Assembly (NCBI RefSeq): GCF_018350175.1
Contig: NC_058383.1
Span: forward strand, 18,104,001 to 18,168,000
Reading direction: 5' to 3'
Source: Felis catus
Lineage: Eukaryota
DNA: 64,000 nt
Part shown: positions 1 to 12,211 of the stretch, one piece after another
How the letters are laid out: every line of letters starts with the position of its first letter
Numbering within the stretch: position 1 is the first letter of the stretch
The notes under the pieces: model-generated
What the model was told of the DNA's origin: nothing
The model's database searches: none
What the model saw: only the letters and a program-made list of their open reading frames with translations
Made by a program: the position numbers and the translations under genes

Positions 1-189
1 TAGATTACAGTATTGTTAACTATAGGCACTACACAGTACATTATATACTCAGGCCTTATTTATTTCATGACTGTAAGTTTGTACCTTTGGACCCCCTTCA
101 CCCAATTTACCCACTTTGCCTACCCCCTGCACCCACCTCTGGCAAAACCAATCTGTTCTCTGGATCTATGAAATTGGGATTTGCCTTCC

Positions 190-678
190 TTTTGGTTTTT
201 CTATTTTTTTTATTTACTTATTCATTTATTTTAAGTAAGCTTCACGCCCACCACAGAGCCCAACATAAAGCTTGAACTCACGACCCCAAGATCAAGATCT
301 GAGCTAAGAACAGGAGCTGGACGCTTAACCACCGAGCCACCCAGGAGCCCTTTAAAGATTCACTTTTGTTTATTTTAAAGGTTACTTATTTTTGACAGAG
401 AGAACATAGGGAAAGGGCAGAGAGACAAGGAGAGAGAGAGAATCCCAAGCAGGCTCCTTACCATCAGCATGGAGCTGGACTTGGGGCTTGAACTCACGAA
501 CTGTGAGATCATGACCTGAGCCAAAGTCAGAACTTAACCAACTGAGCCACCACCAAGGCACCCCTAAAGATTTTAGTTTTTAAATAATCTCCATACTCAA
601 TGTGGGGCTAGCGGGTCAAACTCACAACCCCAAGCCCAAGAGGTGCGTGATTTACCGATGAAGTCAGCCAGGTGCCCC
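190..678 (-). mobile_element. Three adjacent antisense Can-SINE (SINEC) copies, following an old L1 3'-UTR remnant (1-190)
   Basis: Repeated reverse-complement SINEC head (GAGCCACCCAGG..CCCC; TTGAACTCACGA) with T-rich tails; boundaries approximate. Confidence 0.8.
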
Positions 679-2636
679 TTCGGGCAATTTGATTATGGTG
701 TGCCTCGGTGGAGATTCTTGTGGGTAAGATTTGTTGAGCTTCTTATATCTGTTGGTTTATAATTTTCAATAAGCTTGGAAATTATTCAGCCATTACTTCT
801 TAAAATATTTTTCCATCTCTCTGTCTCTCCTCTCCTTCAACTCCAATCATTCACACACTAGGCCAATTGAGGTCATCCCACAGCACACTAATGCACTTTT
901 CATTAACAAAACTTCCTTTCTGACACATCTTGGGGAGAAGCCAAGATGGCAGAACAGCATGGAAGTTTTTTGTGTGTCTCGCGTCCATGAAATACAGCCA
1001 GAACAACACTAAACCATCCTGCACACCTAGAAAACTGAACTGAGGCTTAACACAACAGTGTGCACAACCTGAACCACAGAATTCAGCAGGTACACCGTGC
1101 AGATGTGAACTGCCAAGGAGGGTAGGGACCCGCTTTTGCATGTGGAGAGAGGATGGAGACGTGCAAATAGAGAGAGGATGGGGACATGAGGGGAAAGCAC
1201 CCCCTCAAAAGCAGCTAGAGAGAAAGTGGAAAGTGGAAACAGCCATAGGATAAAAAGGAGAAGGAGAAAAGAGAGGGTTTAAATTCCATTAAGACTCTAT
1301 AAACAGGAGGAGTGCAGAGGCTGAAACTCCGCAGCTGACACCTGGCGGTGCGCTGGCGGGAAGAGCAAATCCCCAGGAGCAGAGTGGCATCCGGGGTTCT
1401 TCAGGCCACAACAGGAGGGCGGTTCCCCTGCTGGGAGGACACCTGTGTGGTTCCCCAAAGGCAAGGCCCCAGTGGACCCGGGAGAACAACCACATTCGTT
1501 GGTACTGGAACAGGGTCATTGGGGGTAAGCCTGGTGCCAGATGCGTGTTGTGATTTTCCATAGTCCCTGAAATGCTGCTGCTACACTATTGTGTGAACTT
1601 ATTCTGGGGCGGGCTGGCACCCAACCACAGTCTCTGGGCGTCGGCAGCAGCACGGTCTCTCAAACGTTCTTGGGTGCGGCTGGCACCAGGCCATTGCTTG
1701 GTGAGACCCTCCACAGAGGGCAGAACGGGTCAAAGCCCCAGTCCCTCAGAAGTAAGGGGCCAGAAAAACAGCCACATCAGAGACAAAACTCAGGAGGGAG
1801 GTGCTGCCTGGGGCTTGGTCACGAACTACATAAAAGCGGGGAGTGGATGGAAGCTGAATACAAAGGACGGGTGTGTGATTGCTGATCGGGGAGAACAGAG
1901 TTCTGATACTAGAGAATGGTTGGCTGGATGAAGCCATTTTCACCACTCCCGTGCGTGCGCAAATGCACCTACAACAAGCGCCACAACCGTCCACCCCAGC
2001 AAGCTAAGCAGTGCCATCTAGTGGAGAACGGAGCCATTACACTAAGTTCCGCCCAACTGGGCCAACCTCGCTCTTTAGGAACAGAAGACTCTCCGCCTGC
2101 TTAGTTTATGGACTATAAAGTGCTTCATAGTTTGACTACTAGGAGAAAACGAAATAATTTCAGTCGTATTTCAGTCTGCTCACTATTCCATCTATTCAAT
2201 TTTCTTTCTTTTTTTTTTCCTTTCTTCTTTATTCTCTTTTTCATTTCTTTTTCTTGAATACAGAAAAAAATGAAAATCATTTATTTTCTATTTTTATTAT
2301 GATATTTTTCTTTATTTTTCCTACTATATTTTTTAATTTTCTGTATTTTTTTCTAATTCTATTTTACTTCCATCATTTCATTTTAGTCTACTTCAGTGTA
2401 TTCATTTTTTTCAAAATTTCAAATGATTTCCTTTTTTTTTCCTTTCCCCCTTTTTCTCTAATCTATCAAGCCCCTTTCAAAGCCCTGACCAAAACACACC
2501 TAGGATCTTGGATCATTTATTCGATTTTGTGTGTGTGTGTGTGTTTGTTTTTAATTTTTTAAGTTTAATATTTTTTAATTTTAGTATTTTTAAAATTTTA
2601 TTTTTTTACCTCATTCATTCTTTTTCTCCCTTCAAA

Positions 2637-3514
2637 ATGATGAAACGAAGGAATTCAACCCAAAAGAAAGAGCAGGAAGAAACGACAGCTAGGGACTTAC
2701 CCAACACAGAAACAAACAAGATGCCTGAACCAGAATTTAGAATCATGAGAATAAGAATACTAGCTGGAGTTGAAAATAGATTAGAATCCCTTTCTGGGAA
2801 GATAAAAGAAGTAAAGTCTAATCAGGATGAAATAAAAAATGGTATAACTGAGCTGCAATCTCGAATGGAAGCCACAGAAGCAAAGATGGATGAGACAGAA
2901 CAGAGAATCCGTGATATAGAGGACAAACTTATGGAGAATAATGAAGCAGAGAAAAAGAGGGAGATTAAGGGAAAAGGGCACGATTTAAGAACTAGGGAAA
3001 TCAGTGACTCATTAAAAAGGAACAACATCAGAATCATAGGGGTCCCAGAAGAGGAAGGGAGAGAAATAGGGGTAGAAGGGTTATGTGAGCAAATCATAGT
3101 GGGAAACTTTCCTAACCTGGGGAATACACAGACATAAAAATCCAGGAAGCACAGAGGCCCCCACTAGATTAAAAAAACCGACCATCAACAAGGCATATCA
3201 GAGTCAAATTCACAAAATACTCCGACAAGGAGAGAATCATGAAAGCAGCAAGGGAAAAAGAGTCCCTAACCTACAAGGGAGGACAGATCAGGTTTGCAGC
3301 AGACCTATCCACAGAAACTTGGCAGGCCAGAAAGGAGTGGCAGGATATAGTCAATGTGCTGAATTGGAAAAATATGCACCCAAGAATTCTTTATCCAGCA
3401 AGGCTGTCATTCAAAATAGAAGGAGACATAAAAAGTTTCCCAGACAAACAAAAATTAAAGGAGTTTGTGACCACTAAACCAGCCCTGCAAGAAATTTTAA
3501 GGGGGACTCTCTGA
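2637..3514 (+). pseudogene. L1 ORF1p (frameshifted)
   Basis: ATG 2637 MMKRRNSTQKKEQ, coiled coil, RNNIRIIGVPEE, then after frameshifts MKAAREKESLTYKG..ADLSTET..YPARLSF..EFVTTKPALQEIL; these are L1 ORF1 motifs. Confidence 0.9.
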
Positions 3515-3630
3515 GGGGAGAAAAGATGAAACAAAAAACAAAAATAAATAAATAAATAAAGACCAAAAGCAACAAAGACTAGAAAGGACCAGAGAACACC
3601 ACCAGACACTCCAACTCCACAAACAACATA

Positions 3631-4505
3631 ATGGCAATAAATTCATATCTTTCAGTACTCACTCTAAATGTCAATGGACTAGATGCTCCAATCAAAAGAC
3701 ACAGGGTAACAGAATGGATTAAGAAAACAAGATCCATCTATATGCTGCTTACAAGAGACCCACTTTAGACCTACAGACACCTTCAGATTGAAAGTAAGGG
3801 GATGGAGAACCATGTATCATGCTAACGGTCAACAAAAGAAAGCCGGAGTAGCCATACTTATATCAGACAATCTAGACTTTAAAATAAAGACTGTATCACG
3901 AGATGAAGAAGGGCATTATATCATACATAAGGCGTCTATCCACCAAGAAGACCTAACAATTGTAAACATTTATGTGCCAAATGTGTGAGCACCCAAATAT
4001 ATAAATCAATTAATCACAAACATAAAGAACCTCATTGATAGTAATACCATAATAGTAGGAGACTTCAACACCCCACTCACAGCAATGGACAGATCACCTA
4101 ATCAAAAAATCAACCAGGAAACAATAGCTTTGAATGACACACTGGACCAGATGGATATAACAGATATATTCAGAACACTTATTCCTAAAGCAGTGGAATA
4201 TACATTCTTCTCCAGTGCACATGGAACGTTCTCCAGAATAGACCACATGCTGGGACACAAATCAGCCCTCAACAAGTACAAAAAGATCGAGATCATACTG
4301 TGCATATTTGCAGACCACAACGCTATGAAACTCGAAATCAACCACAAGAAAACATGTGGAAGGGTAACAAATACTTGGAGACTAAACAATATCCTACTAA
4401 AGAATGAATGGGCTAAGCAAGAAGTTAAAGAAGAAATTAAAAAGTTCGTGGAAGCCAATGAAAATGATAACACCACAACCCCAAACCTCTGGGATGCAGG
4501 AAAGC
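3631..4505 (+). pseudogene. L1 ORF2 endonuclease (APE) domain, disrupted; RT and C-terminal domains absent
   Basis: TLNVNG, LQETH, KKAGVAIL, DEEGHYI, VGDFNTPL, FSRIDH and NLWDA motifs with stops/frameshifts; nothing RT-like follows. Confidence 0.9.
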
Positions 4506-6019
4506 TAAATTAGTCAGTCAGAGAAAGACAAATATCATATGACTTCATTCATATGAGGACTTTAAGACCCAGAACAGATGGACATAAGGGAAGAGAAGCA
4601 CAAATAACATAAGAACAGGTAGGGGAACAAAACATGAGACTCTTAAATATGGAGAACAGAGAGTTACTGGAAGGGTGGTGGGAGGGGACATGGGCTAAAT
4701 GGGTAAGGGTCATTAAGGTATCTACTCCTGAAATCTTTGGATGTAAATTAAAAACAACAAAACAAAACAAAAGAAAATAAAAACTTCCTTTCTCTGTGTG
4801 TTTCGTTTAGATAATTTCTGTGGCTATGCCTTTAGCTTCACTAATCTTTTCTTCTGCAATGTCAAATCTACTGTTGATTCCATTCAGTGTAGTTTTCATC
4901 TCTGACACTGTAATTTTCTGTATTTTTTTAAGATTTTACTTTTTTAAGTAATCTCGACACCCAACGTGGAGCTCAAACTCACAACCCCGAGAGTAAGAGC
5001 TGCGTGCTCTACCGACTGAGCCAGCCAAGCGTCCCTGACATTGGAATTTTCATTTCTTTCTTATATGTCCATGTCTCTATTTAACTTTTAAAAACATATG
5101 GAATACCATTATAATAGCTGTTTAATGTTCTTTTCTGCTCCCTCTAGCGTTTGTATCAGTGCTGGGTTGGTTTCAATTGATTGATGATTCTCCTCATTCT
5201 GCGTCATGTATAATCTCTGGTTGCTTGGCCAGCGTTGTGAATTTTACTTTGCCGAGTGCCAGATACTTTGATAATCTGTGTGATTTGTTAGGCAGGTGCA
5301 TAGTAGTGTTCAGCTTGGGGATGATTATTCTCCACTACTAAGTGAAACCCTTCCTGAACACTCTGCCCTCCACTTTGTCACATTGCTAGTCGGGCTGGTG
5401 CGTAAAGGCCTTGAGCACAGCCGCCTGCAGAGATGGCTCTCACACTAGTGTCTCAAAGGACAAATCTCGCTTGTTTTCCTTTCTCTCTGGGATTGCGAGC
5501 CATGTTACTGCCTTTCATTGCTTGGTGTCCACTGTTTTGAAAACCGTTGTATCGTGTGTTTTGTCTGGTTTTGTTGCAGTGGTGGTGGTGGTTTCTGGCG
5601 GGAAGGTAAAACTGGTCCCTGTGACTCCACCTTGAGGAGAAGCAGGGATCTTGGTGTGTGTGTTTCTAAGAGCTCCCAGGTGATCCAGGGTGCAGCCAGG
5701 TAAGAGCCACTTTACAGACCTGTTTTCTCTGCTTGAAATGTTTTTTTCTCAGTCAAATAGAATCTTTGATTATCTCCTCTCCTCCATTTTCTTGGTGCTC
5801 TCTGGAACTTCTGTTAGATTAATATGGAATACATTGGCCCTCCATCTCTTAACTTTTCTTTCATATTTTCCATTTCTTTGTCATTTTGTTCTACATCCTG
5901 AGAGATTTTTAAACTTTTCGTCTCATACCTTCCTTTGATTAGCTTTTTCTTTTTTCTTTTTTAACGTAAGTAGCCTTCATGCCAAGGATGGAGCCCAACG
6001 CGGAGCTTGACCTCACACA

Positions 6020-6185
6020 GGTGACACTTGGCGATGTCTGGAGACATCTTTGGTTGTAACATCTGTGGGGTTACTACCGGTACCAGAGAGGTTGTGAAAT
6101 ATCCTACAGCATGCAGGAAAGTCTCCCCCACCAAGCATTACCTGGGTCAGATGTCAATACTGTGAAGGTGAGGAAACCCTAGTTT
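6020..6185 (+). mobile_element. MER20 (hAT) fragment
   Basis: GACACTTGGCGATGTCTGGAGACATCTTTGGTTG...ATGTCAATACTGTGAAGGTGAGGAAACCCT resembles the MER20 consensus as recalled. Confidence 0.65.
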
Positions 6186-6306
6186 AAGACCATCTGGGAG
6201 CAGGCTGCCACAACTCACACCACCAAAGGCCAAGGCAAGGAGGGATCCTCCATACGCACTTCAGGAGACTTCCTGGGCACGTATTCAAGTTTGTTTAAAA
6301 GAGCTC

Positions 6307-7592
6307 GGGGCACCTGGGTGGCTCAGTTGCTTAAGCGTCCGACTTCGGCTCAAATCATGATATCGTTCATGGGTTTGAGCCCCATGTTGGGCTCTGTGCT
6401 GACAGCTTGGAGTATGGAGCCTGCTTCAGATTCTGTGTCTCCCTCTCTCTCTACCACTCCCCTGCTTGTGCTCTGTCTCTCTCTGTCTCTCAGAAGTAAA
6501 TAAACATTACAAAATTCTCCAAAAAAATTAACAAATAAATAAAATAAAATCTTAAAAAAAAAAAAAAGAAGAAGAAGAGTGCCTGGGTGGCTCAGTCAGT
6601 TGAGTTTCTGACTCTTGATTCAGCTCAGGTTATCATCTCCTGTTTTGGGGGTTCAAGCCCCAAGTCCTGCTCCCCACTGAGGGTGGGGCTTACTTGAGAT
6701 TCTCTGCCTCCCTCCCTCTCTCCCCTCCCCCAATTGCTTGCTTGCCCGTGCACACACTCTCTCTCTCAAAATATATACATAAAGTTTTAAAAAAGGTTAA
6801 TATAATAAATTTTGTTACATGTATTTACAACAATAAAAAATGTTACGTCTAAGTAAATTAATAAATAAGAAAAATCTGAATATTATGTATGTTCTGTTTT
6901 AATTAGTCATTCCTCAAAAAAAAAAAAAAAAACACTAAGGGCATCTGGCTGGCTCAGTCAGGGCTGTGAGTTCAAGCCTCATGCTGGGTGTGGAACCTAC
7001 TAAAATAAAATTTTAATTTAAAATTTAAACAAAACAATACAAGGGTAAACATTATTAAAACCAGGAACATCCGACATGATCTAGAATCAAAATGGGATGT
7101 TTTGATTCTTAAGTATCTCTTATCACTTCAAAAAATAGCTTAACATTTTTGGAGGATGCCTGGATGGCTCAGTTGGTTAGGCATCCAACTCTTGATTTTG
7201 GCTCAGGTCATGATCTCATGGCTCATGAACCTCGTATTGGGCTTTGTGCCAACAAGTGGAGCCTGCTTGGGATGCCTTCCTTCACTTGTGCTTAGATCAT
7301 CCCTGTCCAATCTAGCCACTTGTATACCTTAACAGTTCTCTGCAGCCAAAGCTCACAGGCCCCATCAGAAGATAAAGGGACCTGGGGTACCTGGGTGGCT
7401 TAGTCGCTTGAGCGTCTGACTTTGGCTCAGGTCGTGATCTCACAGTTCGTGAGTTTGAGCCCCGCATCAGGCTCCTCACTGACAGTGTGAAGACTGCTAG
7501 GAATTCTCTCTCTCTGCCCCTCCCCACCTGTTTTCCCTCTCTCTCTCTCTCAAAATAAATAAATAAACTTAAAAAACGAATAAGAATAAAAA
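6307..7592 (+). mobile_element. Cluster of five sense Can-SINEs (~6307, ~6578, ~6938, ~7151, ~7384)
   Basis: GGGGC(A/G)CCTGGGTGGCTCAG heads with A/B-box remnants, (CT)n region and A-rich tails. Confidence 0.85.
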
Positions 7593-8573
7593 GAAGGTAA
7601 GGGGACCAGAACGATCTCAAGGAAGCTAAGTATGTGTAGGGGCAACTTCCCACATGGCCACTTGTGAATGGCACATGGGTCCCTTTTCTCTGCCATGATG
7701 CCACTTGGAAAGTCACTGAGTTCCATTCTATACTGAGGCTTTCTGTAGCCAGCATCTGCCCCCACACCCTGTGATACATGGCCGCCCACCAGATGTTCCC
7801 AGGAGAAAGGAGGGCCCAGGGGCTGCCACATCTTTTCCCGATTCCTACACGAAATGGGCCTGCCCGTACGAAGGTTCGTAGTCTGATTCTGGTGGAGATG
7901 GGTGGTCTCAAGAAAATGTTAAGCTTTATCTCCTCCACAACATACCTGGCCAGGATGGAGCCTCTCCTTAGACGATGAGAAACAGAAGAACTTCCTCGGA
8001 GCTCGCCTTGCATCAGGCAGTGTTCTGGAACTTTACTTCCGTTAAGTACATCACAACCACAGCAACCTGAGGAGGTAGGCAAAATTATTGCCTTTTTGTT
8101 TGTGTATGTGTGTGTTTTCAGATGAGAACAGAAGCAGAGAGAAGTGAAATAACTTTCCCCAGGGACCCAGCTTCTGAGTCCTGCCCCGTCTGTGCGCCTC
8201 TCAAACACTCCACCCCGCGTCTGTCTTCCTGCGCTTGTAGAACGTGCCGAGTGCAAGAGCAGGTGACTGTTGGAGCCTCGGTCATATATGAAGGAAATGA
8301 AATCGGCTCATACTTTCAGCTGAATTGTTCCTGACACAAAGCAAGAATGACCGTGTCCTGGTGGAATGACCTCACCTCATTCCCATTTGATATTGTTATA
8401 TCAATATTTGATGGTATATTGTGTTATGTTCTGGAGAATGCTCTTTGTGAGGAGGAAAACAAATAGAGGAAACAAAGGAAAAAATAAACAAAGCAACTTT
8501 TGCAGTTGCATTACAATTGATCAAGCCTTTCGCTAAGAGATGTGGAGGCTGAAGGCAAAAAAGAAAGAGGTTA

Positions 8574-8924
8574 GGGGCACCTGGCTGGCTCAGTCTGTAC
8601 AGCATGTGACTCTGATCTCCGGGTTGTGAGGTTGAACCCCATGTAGGACGTAGAGATTACTTAACAATCAGATCTCAAAAAAACCAACAACAACACACAA
8701 AGGCTAAAAAAAAGCTACCATGTAATCATAGCTCAATAAACAGAAATTAAAACCAGGTTCCCAAGGCACTCCGGTGGCTCAGTTGGTTAAGCGGCTGACT
8801 TCGGCTCAGGTAATGATCTCACAGTTCATGGGTTCCAGCTCCACATTGGGCTCTGTGCTCACAGGTCAGAGCCTGGAGCGTGCTTTGGATTCTGTGGAAC
8901 CCTCTCTCTCTGCCCCTCCTCCAC

Positions 8925-8961
<37 letters not shown>

Positions 8962-10532
8962 AATAAAAAAATAAACATTAAAAAAATTCTTGTGTCAAGT
9001 TGTATGATGCATTTACAACGCTCTCCAGGATCTGAACTAAGCTAAACCATAAAAATAAAGCTAACTGCAAACGAGAAAGAAAGCCCGTGTTCCCTCATCA
9101 ACCTTATCTGAAAGAAATGAAAATAAAGACCATATTTTTTGAGAATTGAAGAGAGAAAAAAATAAATGTTTACTCAGTATTATGTGTGCCAGAGCTGTGC
9201 CAGGGACTTGACACAAATTGGTTAGACTCGTTATCTCCTATCGCAGATGAACAAACTGAAGTTCGAGGATCATGGAGGCAGGGCACGAACCAAGCTTTAC
9301 GACATGTCTCCTGCTGGGGTTCCTGGGTGGCTCAGTCGGTTAAGCGTCCAACTTTGGCTCAGGTCATGACCTGGTGGTCAGCGAGTTAGAGCCCCACATC
9401 GGGCTCTGTGCTGACTGCTCAGAGCCTGGAGCCTGCTTTGGATTCTCTCTCTCTCTGCCCCTCCTCGTCCCCGCTCACCCTCTGTCTCTCTCTCTCAAAA
9501 ATGAATAAACATTAAAAAAAATTTAAAGACACGTCTCTTACTAAGGCACCATTCTATGCATGAATTCTTGGCAGGTTGCTATAGGTTTCTGACTTTAAGA
9601 AATGATTAACGCATTTTGCAATATACGCACATGTCGAATCAGCATGTTGTAATCCCTGAAACTAATATAATGTTACGTGTCAATTCCATGTCAAAAAATA
9701 AAATAAAATAAAAAGATTATCAACATATTCTTCCATACTTGAGTCTGGGTCTCAGGAGCTGCTCTAATTATTACCCTAAAGGTGTCCCAACCCACTTCTG
9801 GCCTGGCAGTTTTGAACTGTGTTGACATATAAAAAATTGTACCCTTTGATAGAGGTAGAGTTTATTTTTCTCAAGGATTTTTTTTTTTTAAGAGCAGTTC
9901 ACAATAGAAAAGAACATTTTATATATTGTGAGCCAGTTACGCGTAGGATAGAGTATTTGACTGAAACACTATCTCAGGAAATAGTATTTAGCCTTGTTAC
10001 ATGCGATGCTCTTACTTACTCTATTTCATTCTAAAATATGTTGGTTTGGGGGCACCTGGGTGGCTCAGTTGGGAAAGCATGAGACTCTTGTTGTAGGGCT
10101 TGTGGGTTCGAGCCCCACGTTGGCTAGAGAGCTTACTAAAGAAAATAAACTTAAAAAAATACGTTGTTTTTGAGCTGTTGAAGTGATTCCATGGTCCACT
10201 AGTGAGTTAAGACCCACAGTCTGAAGAACTCTGTCCTTGAGGATTTTGGTTGATCTCGAGACCATTTGCTTCTCATGTTCCAATGCAGAAATACAGGCTC
10301 TAAGAAATAGTGACTTTTTATTTTTTAGCGCTTATTTATGTATTTATGAGAGTTTAGGAGAGAGAGCCCACACAAGTGAGGGAGGGGCAGAGAAAGAGAG
10401 AAGGAGACACAGAATCCGAAGCAGGCTCCAGGCTCCGAGCTGTCAGCACAGAGCCTGACATGGGGCTCCAACTGTGAGATTATGACCTGAATCGAAAACA
10501 GATGCTTAACCAACCAAGCCACCCAGGCACCC
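8574..10532. mobile_element. Can-SINE copies (+ ~8574, ~8764, ~9316, ~10048; - 10317-10532) interspersed with MIR/L1 remnants
   Basis: SINEC heads and tails visible; boundaries approximate. Confidence 0.8.
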
Positions 10533-11554
10533 TAGTGACTTTTTAAAATTCACATGGCTAATGAGTGTTGGAATGGAGGACCTCAACCCACATTTCTGTC
10601 TTTATGTACAGTATGCTACCGAACTGGGTTTCACCAGAAGGTTCAGAAATAAGAAACAAGAAAACCCAAATTCAAGCCTGCCAGAAGAGAGACACTGGCC
10701 TGAAAAGACAAAGGAGGAGTATTTAATGGAATTCTCACCGCAGACAAGGCATGTGACAGTCATTTATGGGGCACCTGTAATGTGCCAGATGGGAAGCAGG
10801 AGCCTGGAGTTCAGAGTTGGACAAGACAGGCCTTCCGCCTTAGAATGGGCTTGGGGTTTGGTGGAGAAGGCTTCTGTGTACACAGATAAATTACAGCGCA
10901 GGGTAATCAGAGCTGAGCTGGGGAGGTAGCAAACACAGTTGGAGGCCAGAAAAAGGAATTCTGTCTGAAGTGGAGGGGCTGGAGGGAGACCCCTATGATG
11001 GAAGCCCTAGGGAGGAGTGCAGGGGGTGGTGCGTGCAGGGGGTGGTGGTGGTGGGGTAGGGGCTGAATGTCTTAAGGGTAGAAGATGGGCAGGTGAGCAG
11101 GACAGGGGAACATTTAGGCAGCCAGAGTGGCAGGAGCAAACAGCTGGCTAGTGTAGGGACTGGCATGTGGGTTACGAGGGACAGGAGGCAAGGTGTGGTG
11201 TCCCGATCAGATGGGGGCCCCCAAATGTGCAGTGACCACCTGGTGGAGGCTGGTGGCTTGGGCCGTGAAAGAATTCACCTGAGGCAGAACAAAGGAGATA
11301 GAAGCTTATGGAATACACAGCAAGGTTGCAGAGGAGAGGCTGTCTGAGAAGAGGCAGTGTGGGGGATGGGGGACTATTTTGGAAGGGGGAAGGTGAGGAC
11401 TTATGGGGATGTATGGAATTCTCCCCTTTGGTGGTGACTGTGCCTGGTTGTAAGCAGCCCATTGGTCAGTTAGAGCCTATAACTGATTCATGGAGGTGCC
11501 CCCGACCCATGGGCCTGTCTGTATTCAGCCAGAGGGCCGCCGTGGCCCTTTTCT

Positions 11555-12211
11555 TTTTTTTTTTTAAAGAGTTTTTTATTTTATTATTTTTTTAATTTTA
11601 TGTTCTTAAATTTACATCCAAATTATTTAGCCTATGGTGCCACAATGATTTCAGGAGTAGATTCCTTAGTGCCCCTTACCCATGTAGCCCATCCCCCCTC
11701 CCACAACCCCACCAGTAACCCTCTGTTTGTTCTCCATATTAAAGAGTCTTTTCTGTTTTGTCCGCCTCCCTGTTTTTATATTATTTTTTCTTCCCTTCCC
11801 TTATGTTCATCTGTTTTGTATCTTAATATCCTCGTATGAGTGAAGTCATATGATTTTTGTCTTTCTCTAATTTCGCTTAGCATAATACCCTCCAGTTCCA
11901 TCCACGTAGCTGCAAATGGCAAGATTTCATTCTACTTTGATTGCTGAGTGATACTCCGTTGTATATATATATACACCACATCTTTATCCATTCATCCATC
12001 GATGGACATTTGGGCTCTTTCCATACTTTGGCTATTGTCGACGGTGCTGCTATAAACATGGGGCTGCAAGTGTCCCTTCGAAACAGCACACCTGTATCCG
12101 TTGGATAAACACCTAGTAGTGCAGTTGCTGGGTCGTAGGGTAGTTCTATTTTTAATTTTTTGAGGAGCCTCCATACTTTTTCCGGAGTGGCTGCACCAGC
12201 TTGCATCCCAT
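11555..12211 (-). mobile_element. 5'-truncated L1 (ORF2 C-terminus + 3'UTR + poly(A)) with 17-bp TSD
   Basis: Minus-strand WRLLKKLKIELPYDPA..CSPMFIA..IAKVWKEPKCPSMDEWIK (ORF2 C-domain). TSD CGC(C/T)GTGGCCCTTTTCT at 11538-11554 and 12212-12228, one mismatch. Confidence 0.92.

Larger units (their letters stand above)
922..4779 (+). mobile_element. LINE-1 (carnivore L1) with complete 5' end and ~2.9 kb internal ORF2 deletion, flanked by a 14-bp TSD
   Basis: 5' start GGGGAGAAGCCAAGATGGC (932; YY1 motif), ~1.7 kb 5'UTR, ORF1, ORF2 endonuclease, abrupt jump at ~4501-4506 to the ORF2 end and 3'UTR, A-rich tail 4750-4779. TSD AAAACTTCCTTTCT at 908-921 and 4780-4793. Confidence 0.93.

Noticed and set aside
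7312-8256. 314-aa minus-strand ORF
   Set aside because: It runs through a MIR-like piece and a SINE, has a non-ATG start and no recognisable domain.
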